A program made the position numbers and the translations under genes. Source: an uncultured Chloroflexia bacterium (GTDB lineage Bacteria > Chloroflexota > Limnocylindria > Limnocylindrales > CSP1-4). Taken from it: DNA of 64,000 bases. Positions 47,970 to 57,785 of this stretch are shown here, in pieces; position 1 is the first letter of the stretch, and each line of letters begins with the position of its first letter. Under the pieces are notes generated by a model that had not been told where the DNA came from, did not search any database, and was given only the letters and a program-made list of their open reading frames with translations. The stretch spans positions 1,728,001 through 1,792,000 of the forward strand of contig OY970218.1 of NCBI GenBank assembly GCA_963713975.1, read 5' to 3'.

Positions 47970-49805
47970 GTGACCCTCGATCAGTCCCAGGAGTTCCTCG
48001 TCCAGCCCGTGGACGCGTCCTGGCTCCAGTGCAACATCGAGTGCCAGGAGGCCTGTCCCGTCGGCACCAACTGCCGGGGCTACCTCAACCTCGCCGCCGA
48101 AGGGCGGTTCGAGGAGGGCTATCTGCTCGCGCGCGAACCCAACCCGGTCGCGGCGATGTGCTCCTATGTCTGCTCGGCCCCCTGCGAGCGGGCGTGCCGT
48201 CGTGGCGACATCGATCGCCCGCTGGCCATCCGTGCGATGAAGCGCTTCCTGGTCGAGTGGCATGAGGCCTCCGGGATCCCCGACGTGATGCCGCAGATCA
48301 CGCCGCGCGAGGAGCGCGTGGCCGTCATCGGCGCGGGACCCGCGGGCCTCGCGGTGTCGCGTGAGCTCGCCACCCGCGGCTACCAGGTGACCGTCTACGA
48401 CAGCCTGCCGTTCGGCGGGGGGACGATGCTCATCGGCGTCCCCGCCTTCCGCCTGCCGCGGGAAGCCATCGAGATGGACGTCCGGCTCGTCGAGCGGCTC
48501 GGCGTCCGCTTCGTCTTCGACACGACGATCGGGATCGACATCCCGTTCGAGGACCTGCAGCGGGACTACGACGCGATCGCGATCACGGCGGGTGCCATGA
48601 ACCCGGTCTACCTGGACGTGCCCGGGGCCGACCTCGATGGCGTGAAGTACGGCATCGACTTCATGAAGCTCGCCAACCTCGGCCAGGAGCTGACGGTCGG
48701 CCGCAGCGTGGTCGTCATCGGCGGCGGCTACACGGCCATGGACTGCTCGCGCACGAGCCTGCGCTACGGGGCCGAGAACGTCACGATCGCCTATCGCCGG
48801 ACCCGCTCGGAGCTCGTCGTGGACGAGGAGGAGCTGGGCGAGACGGAGCGGGAGGGCGTCAACCTCGAGTTCCTGGTGAGCCCCATGGAGCTGGTGGGCG
48901 AGGACGGCAGGCTGACCGGCGTGCGGTTCATCCGCAACAAGCTGGGCGAGCCGGACGCATCGGGGCGCCGCTCCCCGATCCCGATCCAGGGATCGGAGTT
49001 CATCGTCCCCGCCGACACCGTCATCCCCGCGGTCTCCCAGGCCGCCGACCTCTCGTTCCTGCCCGTGGACGGCAGCTTCGAGGTCAACCGCGGACGCCTC
49101 AAGGTGGACCCGGCGACGTACGCGACCAACGTCCGCGGCGTCTTTGCCTGTGGTGACTTCGTGACCGGCCCGACCACCCTGATCGAGTCCGCCGGCCACG
49201 GCAAGAAGGCCGCCTACGCGATCGACCGCTACCTCGCGGGCCGGACCGATGTCACCGTCACACCCAACGTCCGGATCACGAGCTCCTGGCGCCACGACAT
49301 GCCGGAGTTCTACGACGTGCTCCCGCGCCAGCACATCCCGATGGTGGACCTGCCGGCCCGGATGCCGTCCGTGGAGCCGTCGGTCAACTTCTCCACCCCG
49401 GTGGAGCTCGGCTACGACACGACGGCGGCGGTGGCCGAGTCCACGCGCTGTCTCATGTGCAACTACAACATCTGGTTCGACCCGTTCCGGTGCGTGCTGT
49501 GCGGCGCCTGTGCCGACGTGTGCCCGGAGGGGGTCATCCACATGGTGGACGTGAACCAGCTCAAGACGGAGGGTCTCCTGCCCGAGGTCGAGGAGGCCTA
49601 CGGCTGGTCGCAGGGGGCGGCCATGATCCTCGACGAGGAGCGGTGCATCCGCTGCGCCCTGTGCGTCAAGCGGTGTCCCTTCGATGCCATCACCATGGAG
49701 CGGTTCGAGCTCCAGGAGATCTCGAGCGACGGCCGGCTCTACAAGGAGTCGTACCGTGATGCCCAACTCGCCGGAACCGCCGGCGTGGCAGGAGGAGCCA
49801 GGTGA
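47970..49805 (+). CDS. GltD/NfnB-like FAD/NAD(P) oxidoreductase with C-terminal 2x[4Fe-4S]
   Basis: CQEACP, CSYVCSAPCERACRR, IGAGPAG, IGGGYTA..YRRT, CVLCGACADVCP, CIRCALCVKRCP. Confidence 0.92.
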   Translation: MTLDQSQEFLVQPVDASWLQCNIECQEACPVGTNCRGYLNLAAEGRFEEGYLLAREPNPVAAMCSYVCSAPCERACRRGDIDRPLAIRAMKRFLVEWHEASGIPDVMPQITPREERVAVIGAGPAGLAVSRELATRGYQVTVYDSLPFGGGTMLIGVPAFRLPREAIEMDVRLVERLGVRFVFDTTIGIDIPFEDLQRDYDAIAITAGAMNPVYLDVPGADLDGVKYGIDFMKLANLGQELTVGRSVVVIGGGYTAMDCSRTSLRYGAENVTIAYRRTRSELVVDEEELGETEREGVNLEFLVSPMELVGEDGRLTGVRFIRNKLGEPDASGRRSPIPIQGSEFIVPADTVIPAVSQAADLSFLPVDGSFEVNRGRLKVDPATYATNVRGVFACGDFVTGPTTLIESAGHGKKAAYAIDRYLAGRTDVTVTPNVRITSSWRHDMPEFYDVLPRQHIPMVDLPARMPSVEPSVNFSTPVELGYDTTAAVAESTRCLMCNYNIWFDPFRCVLCGACADVCPEGVIHMVDVNQLKTEGLLPEVEEAYGWSQGAAMILDEERCIRCALCVKRCPFDAITMERFELQEISSDGRLYKESYRDAQLAGTAGVAGGAR

Positions 49806-50530
49806 GCTTCCTAGAGCGGGTCGACCAGAGCATCCGGCGGAGCCCGGTGTGGCGGTCGATCTTCCGCAACCCGTACCCGGACGACGAGCGGTCGCGCGCG
49901 TACGCGGTGATGAACAACGTGTTCCTGCACCTGCACCCGGTGCGGGTGCGGCAGCACGCGGTCAAGTTCGCCTACACGTTCTGCCTGGGCGGACTGTCCT
50001 TCTTCCTGTTCCTCGTGCTCACGGTCACCGGCGTGTACCTGATGTTCTTCTACATCCCGTCGGAGACCCAGGCCTACTCGAACATCCTGGAGATCCAGTC
50101 ACGGGTGGTGTTCGGCCTGCTCACGCGGAACGTCCACCGGTGGGCGGCCCACCTGATGGTGTTCTTCGTGTTCCTGCACATGATGCGGGTCTTCTACCAC
50201 GGCGCCTACAAGCCGCCGCGCGAGTTCAACTGGGTCGTCGGGGTCGTGCTCCTGTTCCTGACGATCATGCTCAGCTTCACCGGCTACTTGCTGCCCTGGG
50301 ACCAGATCGCCTACTGGGCCATCACCATCGGCACCAACATGGCCGGCTACGCGCCGCTGTTCAACACCCCGTCCAAGCTGCTGCTCCTGGGCGGCATCGA
50401 GGTGGGCCAGAACACGCTGTTGCGCTTCTATGTGCTCCACATCATGGTCTTCCCGCTTGTTGCGGCCATCTTCCTCGCGGTCCACTTCTGGCGGATCCGC
50501 AAGGACGGTGGCATCAGCGGCCCGCTCTGA
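49802..50530 (+). CDS. Cytochrome b (b6-like N-terminal subunit) of a Rieske/cytb complex
   Basis: FCLGG, RNVHRWAAH, FLHMMRVF, TGYLLPWDQ, RFYVLH...HFWRIRK. Confidence 0.95.
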   Translation: MSFLERVDQSIRRSPVWRSIFRNPYPDDERSRAYAVMNNVFLHLHPVRVRQHAVKFAYTFCLGGLSFFLFLVLTVTGVYLMFFYIPSETQAYSNILEIQSRVVFGLLTRNVHRWAAHLMVFFVFLHMMRVFYHGAYKPPREFNWVVGVVLLFLTIMLSFTGYLLPWDQIAYWAITIGTNMAGYAPLFNTPSKLLLLGGIEVGQNTLLRFYVLHIMVFPLVAAIFLAVHFWRIRKDGGISGPL

Positions 50531-50545
50531 GCCGAGGCTGACGAG

Positions 50546-51163
50546 ATGACCGACACCAAGTCGCCGAACGAGACGCGGGTGGTCCTGCCCGTCGACCCGG
50601 CGCGGCGGACGGAGATCGACAAGCAGCGCGTGCCCATGTCGGCGCGCCCCTACCGCCTGCTGGCCCTGGTCAAGCAGGACGCGGTCGTCCGGGTCCAGAA
50701 GGAGCCCGACGACACGGTCATGACCTGGCCGCACCTGCTCACCATCGAGTTCATGGCGGCCGCGGTCATGAGCGTGTTCCTGCTGCTCATGGGCCTGTTC
50801 GTCAACGCCCCCCTCGAGGACCTGGCCAACGGCAACGTCACGCCGGCCGTGGCCAAGGCCCCGTGGTACTTCCTGGGCCTCCAGGAGCTGCTCGCCTACT
50901 TCCACCCGACCGTCGCGGGCGTCCTCGTCCCGACCTTCGTCCTGGTGGGCGCCGCCCTCATCCCGTTCATCGACCGTGGCAACATCCACGCCCACCGGCC
51001 GTCGGACCGCAAGACCGCCGTCGTGCTGTTCTCGCTGTTCTGCGTGCTCGGCCTGTTCGTCACCTTCGTCGCGATCTTCTTCCGGGGTCCCGGCTACTCG
51101 TTCGTCATCCCGTACCTCGAGTTCTTCTCGATCGGGACGCCGGGCCTCCACTTCGCCCTCTGA
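50546..51163 (+). CDS. Cytochrome b C-terminal subunit (subunit IV-like)
   Basis: TWPHLL, TP..AKAPWYFLGLQELL, PFIDR. Confidence 0.9.
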   Translation: MTDTKSPNETRVVLPVDPARRTEIDKQRVPMSARPYRLLALVKQDAVVRVQKEPDDTVMTWPHLLTIEFMAAAVMSVFLLLMGLFVNAPLEDLANGNVTPAVAKAPWYFLGLQELLAYFHPTVAGVLVPTFVLVGAALIPFIDRGNIHAHRPSDRKTAVVLFSLFCVLGLFVTFVAIFFRGPGYSFVIPYLEFFSIGTPGLHFAL

Positions 51164-51179
51164 TCCGAAGGAACGAGGC

Positions 51180-51854
51180 ATGAGCAACTACCAGGTCGAG
51201 CCCGTCGACAAGTCCCAGGCCCTCACCACGGAGGCCATGAAGGCGCTCCGTCACGAGCAGGTCCAGGGCATCTCGCGCCGCGAGCTCCTGCGCGGCTCCC
51301 TGGCCGCCGGCCTCGGGCTTTGGCTGCTGGAGCTGACGGCGGGCACCATCGGCTTCCTGTGGCCCAACCTCGAGGGCAAGTTCGGCGGAGAGGTCGTCGT
51401 CGGGACGCTCGATGATGTCCTGGCCGCCAACTCCGCACTTCCGATCGACGAGGGCTTCCCCGCCTACTACTCGTCCGCCAAGGCATTCGTGATGCTCGTG
51501 GATCCGTCACAGCAGCAGTTCATCCCGGGCACCGATCCCACGGGCGACGGCAGCAGCGTCAATGTCCGGGCCCTGTACCAGCGCTGCCCGCACCTCGGGT
51601 GCAAGCCCAACCCGTGCGAGAAGAACTTCTGGCTGGAATGCCCCTGCCACGGCTCCCGCTACGACCGTCTTGGCGTCAAGGCCGCCGGTGCGCAGTACGG
51701 ACCGGCACCGCGCGGCATGGACCGCTTCGGCGTCCGCGTGGAACCAGACGGAACGCTCGTCGTCGACACCGGCAAGATCACCCTTGGCCCGCTGCCCGTA
51801 GCGGTCGGCCAGCCGGGGATCATCCCGCCGCGCACCCCCACCGGTTGCATCTGA
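51180..51854 (+). CDS. Rieske 2Fe-2S protein
   Basis: SRRELL Tat motif, CPHLGC, CPCHGSRY, GPAPR. Confidence 0.95.
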   Translation: MSNYQVEPVDKSQALTTEAMKALRHEQVQGISRRELLRGSLAAGLGLWLLELTAGTIGFLWPNLEGKFGGEVVVGTLDDVLAANSALPIDEGFPAYYSSAKAFVMLVDPSQQQFIPGTDPTGDGSSVNVRALYQRCPHLGCKPNPCEKNFWLECPCHGSRYDRLGVKAAGAQYGPAPRGMDRFGVRVEPDGTLVVDTGKITLGPLPVAVGQPGIIPPRTPTGCI

Positions 51855-51894
51855 TTCTGCCCGTCGCCCGCCCGACCGCCCACCGAGGAGACCG

Positions 51895-52977
51895 ATGACC
51901 GACCAGCCCGGCCGCCCGCCCGAGGACCGTCTGCCCGCCCCGCGGCCGTCGTCGCCCTCTCCCGTGCCGGCCGACCGCTTCTCGGCGCCGGCGTCGGCCC
52001 ACCGCAGCGACCTGACACCGGAGCGGGCGGGCAAGATCGTCCGCCAGTCCGCGAGCGCGCGCTGGGTGGGCTTCCTGGCCGTGACGATTGTCGCCCTGTT
52101 CGTGATGGGCTACTACTTCTACGAGCTGGGCCTGCCCGGCGGGCTGACCGAGGCGCGGCTGGAGGCCGCGTCCGCGGAGCTCCAGGTGGTCGCCGTGGAG
52201 CGTGGCTACAACCTCTACCAGGCCAACTGCGCCCAATGCCACGGCGTGGACGGCGAGGGCGGCAAGGGCCCGGCGCTCCATCGCCAGGACAAGCTGTACG
52301 CGCACCTGAACCCGGAGTACCTGCGCAACATCCTCAACTCGGGCGGGCGCTACGCCTGCGGGGATCCGCAGACCATCATGCCCGTGTGGTCGAACACCGG
52401 GTCCCCTCCCGGGCCGCTCAACTACAAGGAGATCGACAACCTGATCGCCTTCATCCGGGCCGAGAAGGGGACGCCGTACCGCATTCTCGACCCGAGCCAC
52501 TTCGAGCCGGTCATTGACCCCGTGACCGGGGAGGAGATGACGTTCGAGGGCTGGGTGGATCCCGCGTACGAGCCCGCCCCGGGCGCCACGCCGTTCCCTG
52601 CCTGCTGGAAGGACGAGTTCTCCACGCCGGCATCGTCGGCTGCGCCCACCCCGCCGGCCGCGTCGGGCGAGCCCGGCGCATCGCAGGCGCCTGCGGGTAC
52701 CGTGGTCAAGGAGGCAGCGCTCAACATCGCCTTCGTCAACGGTGAGCTGCAAGCGCCTGCGGATGTCCCGTTCCAGATCGAGTTCGACAACCAGGACGCC
52801 GGCATCCCGCACAACATCGAGATCAAGGACGCCAGCGGCGGAGTCGTGTACATGGGCGACATCATCTCGGGACCGGCCAAGATCACCTACGACATCCCCG
52901 CCCTGCCGGCGGGCACGTATCCGTTCATCTGCACGGTGCATCCGAACATGACCGGCACCCTGAAGGTCGGGGGCTGA
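51895..52977 (+). CDS. Membrane-anchored cytochrome c fused to a cupredoxin
   Basis: TM helix, CAQCH, GIPHN...CTVHPNM type-1 Cu ligands. Confidence 0.9.
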   Translation: MTDQPGRPPEDRLPAPRPSSPSPVPADRFSAPASAHRSDLTPERAGKIVRQSASARWVGFLAVTIVALFVMGYYFYELGLPGGLTEARLEAASAELQVVAVERGYNLYQANCAQCHGVDGEGGKGPALHRQDKLYAHLNPEYLRNILNSGGRYACGDPQTIMPVWSNTGSPPGPLNYKEIDNLIAFIRAEKGTPYRILDPSHFEPVIDPVTGEEMTFEGWVDPAYEPAPGATPFPACWKDEFSTPASSAAPTPPAASGEPGASQAPAGTVVKEAALNIAFVNGELQAPADVPFQIEFDNQDAGIPHNIEIKDASGGVVYMGDIISGPAKITYDIPALPAGTYPFICTVHPNMTGTLKVGG

Positions 52978-52981
52978 CGCG

Positions 52982-54430
52982 ATGGCCACCCCCGCCCTGC
53001 CCGCCCCGCAGCCCGTCACGGCCCGCCGCCGCGTCGTCTTCGGCCTGTTCAACGCCGACGGCTGGATCTGGGCGACCGTCAAGGCGCTGTTCTGGTTCGT
53101 CGTGATCATCGTCATGCTGGGCTACATCCCGGACCGCGCGTACTACTTCACCGTCCAGCGGACCGTCGACATCGGCCTCCTTGCCTGGTCCCCGGTCAAC
53201 CTCTGCCCGCCGGAGAACGAGACGCTGCCGTGCCCCGTCCCGGCCGGTGCGACGCTGCCCTGGCACCCTGCCCCGGGCGAGGTTGCCCTGCCCGCGCCGA
53301 GGACCGACGGCGCCGCCGCGGTGATCGGTCAGACCTACCTCTTCGTCGGTGGCTCGGACGGGTCCGTGGCCAAGGCCGACACGTACGTGTCGCATCCGGT
53401 GGGCATCGGCAACCTTGACAAGTGGACGGCGGGGCCCGCGTTGCCCGAGGCTCGCTCCGACGCCGCGTCCGTGGTCGTCGGCAACACGCTGTACATCATG
53501 GGTGGCTACGGCATCGATGGCTCGCCCACCACCACCGTCTTCAGCCTGACCCTGGCGAACGACGGCACGATCGGCGAGTGGAAGGTCGAGGACGTGCTGG
53601 CGCTGCCGTCACCGCGGGCCGGCGCGACGGCGGTTTCCGTGTCGGACGGCATCGTCCTCATGGGTGGCAGGGACCGCACGGCCCCGACGAGGACCGTGTG
53701 GAAGAGCCAGCAGGCACTGACCACGGGCAACCCCCTTCAGGCGTGGACGGACCAGCAGCCCCTGGTCGAGGAGAACATGGACGGGTTCGCCGCCCATGTG
53801 GGCGACATCATCTTCCTGGTCGGCGGGACCAACGCCCAGGGTGACGCGGTGGCGAGCGTCCAGCAGGGCCTCGTCGGCGGACCCAGGGCCACGACCGAGG
53901 ACCCCAATGCGATCGTGGAGCCGTGGGCGGTGAGCGCGCAGACGAACCTGCCGAGCCCGCGGACCAACGAATCCGGCTTCACCGCCAACGGCGTGATCTA
54001 CGTTCAGGGCGGCTCGGACGGCACCAGCCTGCTCACCGAGACGCTATGGACGACGCCGGACGCGAACGGGATCATCCCCGAGTGGCACCACCTCGCCCAG
54101 CAGGACCTCGGCGAGGGCATCGAGGGGGCGGCTGCGGTCATCTCCGGCGCACACGCGTTCATGTTCGGAGGCACCACGGCGTCAGGGCCGACGAGCGGTG
54201 TCGCCCGCACCAACCTTGCCCCGCAGGAGCCATTCTTCCAGCTGGGTCTCGCTGGTGTGACGGTCCCGGCCCTCAAGCTGGATGGCGAGATCGGGCAGCA
54301 GATCGGCTACCTCAACGCCGCCACCGTGGGCGCGGTCAACTTCATCATCCTGATCCTGATCGGCTACCTGTACGCGCACCCGGACAAGGTCCGCGCCTTC
54401 ATCGCCAAGCGGAGGCGGAAGAAGGGCTGA
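52982..54430 (+). CDS. Membrane-anchored Kelch-repeat protein
   Basis: Repeated LP.PR....A......Y..GG units; TM helix at both ends. Confidence 0.8.
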   Translation: MATPALPAPQPVTARRRVVFGLFNADGWIWATVKALFWFVVIIVMLGYIPDRAYYFTVQRTVDIGLLAWSPVNLCPPENETLPCPVPAGATLPWHPAPGEVALPAPRTDGAAAVIGQTYLFVGGSDGSVAKADTYVSHPVGIGNLDKWTAGPALPEARSDAASVVVGNTLYIMGGYGIDGSPTTTVFSLTLANDGTIGEWKVEDVLALPSPRAGATAVSVSDGIVLMGGRDRTAPTRTVWKSQQALTTGNPLQAWTDQQPLVEENMDGFAAHVGDIIFLVGGTNAQGDAVASVQQGLVGGPRATTEDPNAIVEPWAVSAQTNLPSPRTNESGFTANGVIYVQGGSDGTSLLTETLWTTPDANGIIPEWHHLAQQDLGEGIEGAAAVISGAHAFMFGGTTASGPTSGVARTNLAPQEPFFQLGLAGVTVPALKLDGEIGQQIGYLNAATVGAVNFIILILIGYLYAHPDKVRAFIAKRRRKKG

Positions 54431-54459
54431 TCGCCCGGGCGCATCGTCGCGCTCCCGGG

Positions 54460-54828
54460 TCAGGCGGGGAGCTGGCCCTCACCGGGCTCCACTGGCCCGC
54501 GCCTGACCGGCAGGCCCAGCCGCTGCCAGCCGTCGATGCCGCCGGCCACGTTGCCCACGTCCTCCCAGCCCTGCTGCAGCAGGTAGGAGGTGACACTCGT
54601 CGAGCGGCTGCCCGACTGGCACATCACCAGGACCGGCCGGTCCTTCGGCACGTCCTGGAGGCGCACGCCGAGCTGGGACATCGGGACGAAGAGGCTGCCC
54701 TCGACCCGGACCTGCCGGAACTCGTCCAGCTCGCGGATGTCGAGCAGCACGGCCGGCCGCAGGGGATCGCGGCGCCGGATGTCGGCATACAGAGGATCGA
54801 GGGCAGGGATGGCCTGGGGTCGGTTCAT
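54460..54828 (-). CDS. Rhodanese-like domain protein
   Basis: LLDIRELDEF, CQSGSRS, GGIDGW. Confidence 0.9.
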   Translation of the reverse strand: MNRPQAIPALDPLYADIRRRDPLRPAVLLDIRELDEFRQVRVEGSLFVPMSQLGVRLQDVPKDRPVLVMCQSGSRSTSVTSYLLQQGWEDVGNVAGGIDGWQRLGLPVRRGPVEPGEGQLPA

Positions 54829-55274
54829 GCGCGCGGGATCCTCCGGATGACGGGTGCAGGTGCGGTCGCGGCGATGGCGGGGTCGCCCAGCCGGGCGTCG
54901 ATCTCGGCCAGGAGCGCGGGGACATCCACGCCCCACGAAGGGCCGATCCCGGCTCCGGCAGCGGTGGCCAGATGGGTGCGGGCGCCGGTGAGGTTCTTCG
55001 TGATCCCGGTTGGATTCCCGCGGACCGCGTGCACGTAGGCGGCCGCCACCTTGATCAGCCCCTGGTGCAGGCCGCGCTCGGCCAGGTCGTCGGTGCCCAT
55101 CCAGGCAGGCTCCAGGGCCTCGTGGGCCGCGAAGAAGTCGCCCTGCCCATAGGCGGAGAGGCCGGCCTCGAAGGCATCTCGGCGGGCCGGCTCCGGGAGC
55201 GGGCGGTAGGCCTTGTTGCGATCACCCTGGCGGACGAGGCCGGGAGTCGGGTCTGGCTGGGGGACGGGCATCAA
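54825..55274 (-). CDS. DUF309-family protein
   Basis: FFAAHEALEPAW, QGLIKVAAAYVH. Confidence 0.85.
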   Translation of the reverse strand: MMPVPQPDPTPGLVRQGDRNKAYRPLPEPARRDAFEAGLSAYGQGDFFAAHEALEPAWMGTDDLAERGLHQGLIKVAAAYVHAVRGNPTGITKNLTGARTHLATAAGAGIGPSWGVDVPALLAEIDARLGDPAIAATAPAPVIRRIPRA

Positions 55275-55628
55275 TCGAGTGTACCGGCGAGGGCCGGCGC
55301 GCCCGCGGTTCGCGGCCGAGCCGGGCGTCCCACCGGCTGGAAGCTCTGCCGACCCGCTCGCCGGGTGGCCCCGCCGACAACCGCGATCCCTGATTCGCCC
55401 GCTGATGGCGAGCAGCAGGGTGACGGAAGCCGCGTATCGCCCTCGACTGCTCGCTTACGTGAGCAGGACGTCGTCCACCAGCGCCGGTTGGGCCTCCTGG
55501 CGGCCGGCGGAGAAACCAGCCACCGCGCACCCGCTGGTTGCGCCATCTGGGCGGCATAGATGCGGCGGCTCGAACCAGACCGCCTGACGGGGACGACGCG
55601 AGGAACCACGAGCCATGGCGATCTGCGG

Positions 55629-56105
55629 TCAGGCCCGCGCCACGCCGTCCGGCAGGGCGGAGAGCGGCTTGCGCCTCGAGAAACCCTCCGTAGTGTCGTG
55701 CCAGAAGGCGACCCGGTCCTCGCCCAGGCGCCAGCAGAGCCACACGGGCCGGCCGGCCACGAGCGCCGGGAGGTCGAGCAGCCCGGTCGCGATGTCGCGC
55801 AGCACGATGTCCCGCTCGTCCAGCCAGGCGACATCCGCCTGCATCTGGTCCACGATCCCGCGCATCCGGAGGTGGATCCGTCGAAGCTCCGGGTCGGCAT
55901 CCGGGTCGGCACCCGGGTCGGCATCCGGGCCGCGATCCGGCCCGCGGTCATCGGCATCTGGCCCGCTTGGCGGCGAGCTCTCGAGCGCCCGGGCCGCATC
56001 TCGGAGGACGAGCAGGTCCTTCCGCTGGCTGCGCAGGCGGCCGATCATGATGGCGAGCTCCGGGACCAGCTCGTCGGCGTCGTTGGGGCCGTAGTAACGG
56101 GACAC
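55629..56105 (-). CDS. DUF2203-family protein
   Basis: LRDIATGLLDLPA..LCWRLGEDRVAFWH..EGFSRRKPL. Confidence 0.85.
   Translation of the reverse strand: MSRYYGPNDADELVPELAIMIGRLRSQRKDLLVLRDAARALESSPPSGPDADDRGPDRGPDADPGADPDADPELRRIHLRMRGIVDQMQADVAWLDERDIVLRDIATGLLDLPALVAGRPVWLCWRLGEDRVAFWHDTTEGFSRRKPLSALPDGVARA
55889..55948. repeat. 12-bp coding tandem repeat (about five units, degenerating)
   Basis: CCGGGTCGGCA(T/C) x3 then two diverged units. Confidence 0.75.
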
Positions 56106-56277
56106 ACACGGATTGTAGCGACGTGCGGCGCAGGGTAGGCTGGGGCGAGCCGGACTGGGGCACCTCGCCCATCCGGTGGGCGGCACTGGTCCCATGGGGC
56201 CCGTCCCGCTGGCCCCAAGGAACCATAGATCGCCGGCGGCAGGGCGGCGACGCTTGGGGCACCGCAAGGGAGGTCAC

Positions 56278-57687
56278 GTGTCAGCCATCGCCCAGCCCTC
56301 GAAGCCCCGGCCCGTGGTCGCCGGACGACGGCGCCACCTGCTGCCGCTCATCGCCGCCGGCCTGGCGCTGCTGATGGTGCTCACGGCGATGACCGCAGCC
56401 ATGCCCCGCAGCGCCCTCGCGGCCACGACGCTTGCGGCCCGCTGCGACGGTGTCCGGCTGCGGACGCAGCCCAAGCTGTCGGCTCGCGCGTTGCGAACGT
56501 TGTCGGCCGGCGCGAAGGTGGTTGCGGTGGCGAAGGTGTCCGGCACGCGCTGGAGCGTCAAGTGCGGCGGAAGCACGACGTCAGGGTCCACCTGGTGGCG
56601 GATCACGTCGATCAACGGCAAGAGCGTGAGCAAGCTCTACGGTGTGAAGTACGTGTACGGGGCGACCGCCTTGTTCAAGACGACCACCAAGTCCGTGACC
56701 CTTGCAACCGCGTGCGGCGGCGTGGTCCTGCGAAGCGGTCCCCGGATCACCGCAACCCGCAAGGCAAAGCTGGCGTCCGGGGCGAAGGTGACGACATACG
56801 GTTCCGTCGCCGGTGGCTCCTGGAGCACGACCTGCACCGGTCCGCGGATCGGGGGTGCCTCGTGGTACCGGATCACGGCGGTGAACGGCAAGTCGGTCAA
56901 GGCGCTCTACGGCGTGACCTACCTGTACGCCGCCAAGGCCCTGTTCAAGCCGGCTGCCGCCGGATCGGCGACGCCCGCCCCGACGCCCAAACCAACGCCA
57001 ACCCCGACGCCAACCCCCACCCCGGCGCCGACGCCGTCGCCCAGCCCGCAGACGTCCTACATCGAAGGCATCGACATCAGCCACTGGCAGGGAACCATCA
57101 ATTGGTCCAAGGTCGCGGCGGCCGGCAAGCGCTTCGCGTTCATGAAGGCGTCGCAGAACACGGACTACGTGGATCCCACGTACGCCACGAACCGAGCCCA
57201 GGCCAAGGCCAACGGCCTCTACGTCGGTGCCTATCACTTCGCCGGCCCCGAGCTGACCCTCGGCGACGCCGAGGCCGAGGCAGACCATTTCGTGGACACC
57301 GCGGCCCCCAAGTCGGGCGAGCTCCTCCCGGTCCTCGATCTCGAGGTCACGGGCGGACTGGGCGTCGAGGAGCTCCAGGCATGGACCCGCGCGTTCCTGG
57401 AGCGGGTCTACGATCGGCTCGGGGTTCGGGCGGCGATCTACGTCTCGCCCAGCTTCTGGTCGAGCAAGATGGGCAACACGACCTGGTTCGCGACCAACGG
57501 CTACACGACGCTCTGGGTGGCGCACTGGACCACAGCCTCTGCGCCGACGCTTCCTGCCGGCAACTGGGGCGGCCGAGGCTGGACGTTCTGGCAGTACACG
57601 TCGAGCGGCACGGTGCCCGGGATCAGCGGTCGCGTTGACCTGGACCGCTATCGCAGCGGGAACTTCACCCCCGTCCTGATCCCGTAG
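56278..57687 (+). CDS. Secreted GH25 lysozyme with two SH3b-like repeats
   Basis: GIDISHWQG, KASQ, GAYHF, DLE, WQYTSSG..G.VDLD; duplicated ~83-aa domain. Confidence 0.9.
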   Translation: MSAIAQPSKPRPVVAGRRRHLLPLIAAGLALLMVLTAMTAAMPRSALAATTLAARCDGVRLRTQPKLSARALRTLSAGAKVVAVAKVSGTRWSVKCGGSTTSGSTWWRITSINGKSVSKLYGVKYVYGATALFKTTTKSVTLATACGGVVLRSGPRITATRKAKLASGAKVTTYGSVAGGSWSTTCTGPRIGGASWYRITAVNGKSVKALYGVTYLYAAKALFKPAAAGSATPAPTPKPTPTPTPTPTPAPTPSPSPQTSYIEGIDISHWQGTINWSKVAAAGKRFAFMKASQNTDYVDPTYATNRAQAKANGLYVGAYHFAGPELTLGDAEAEADHFVDTAAPKSGELLPVLDLEVTGGLGVEELQAWTRAFLERVYDRLGVRAAIYVSPSFWSSKMGNTTWFATNGYTTLWVAHWTTASAPTLPAGNWGGRGWTFWQYTSSGTVPGISGRVDLDRYRSGNFTPVLIP

Positions 57688-57785
57688 CCGACCACGGGGC
57701 CCGCGAGCCACGGGGCCCGTGAGCCGCGCGGCCACGACCCGCGACCAGCCGCTACCCGCGATCCACCCCGTAGACTGCTCGCCAC

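Noticed and set aside
55275-55628. 350-bp intergenic gap as a possible 6S, SRP or other ncRNA
   Set aside because: No diagnostic motifs found by eye; would need a covariance-model search
56110-56277. Possible c-di-AMP riboswitch upstream of the GH25 gene
   Set aside because: Conserved ydaO motifs not found
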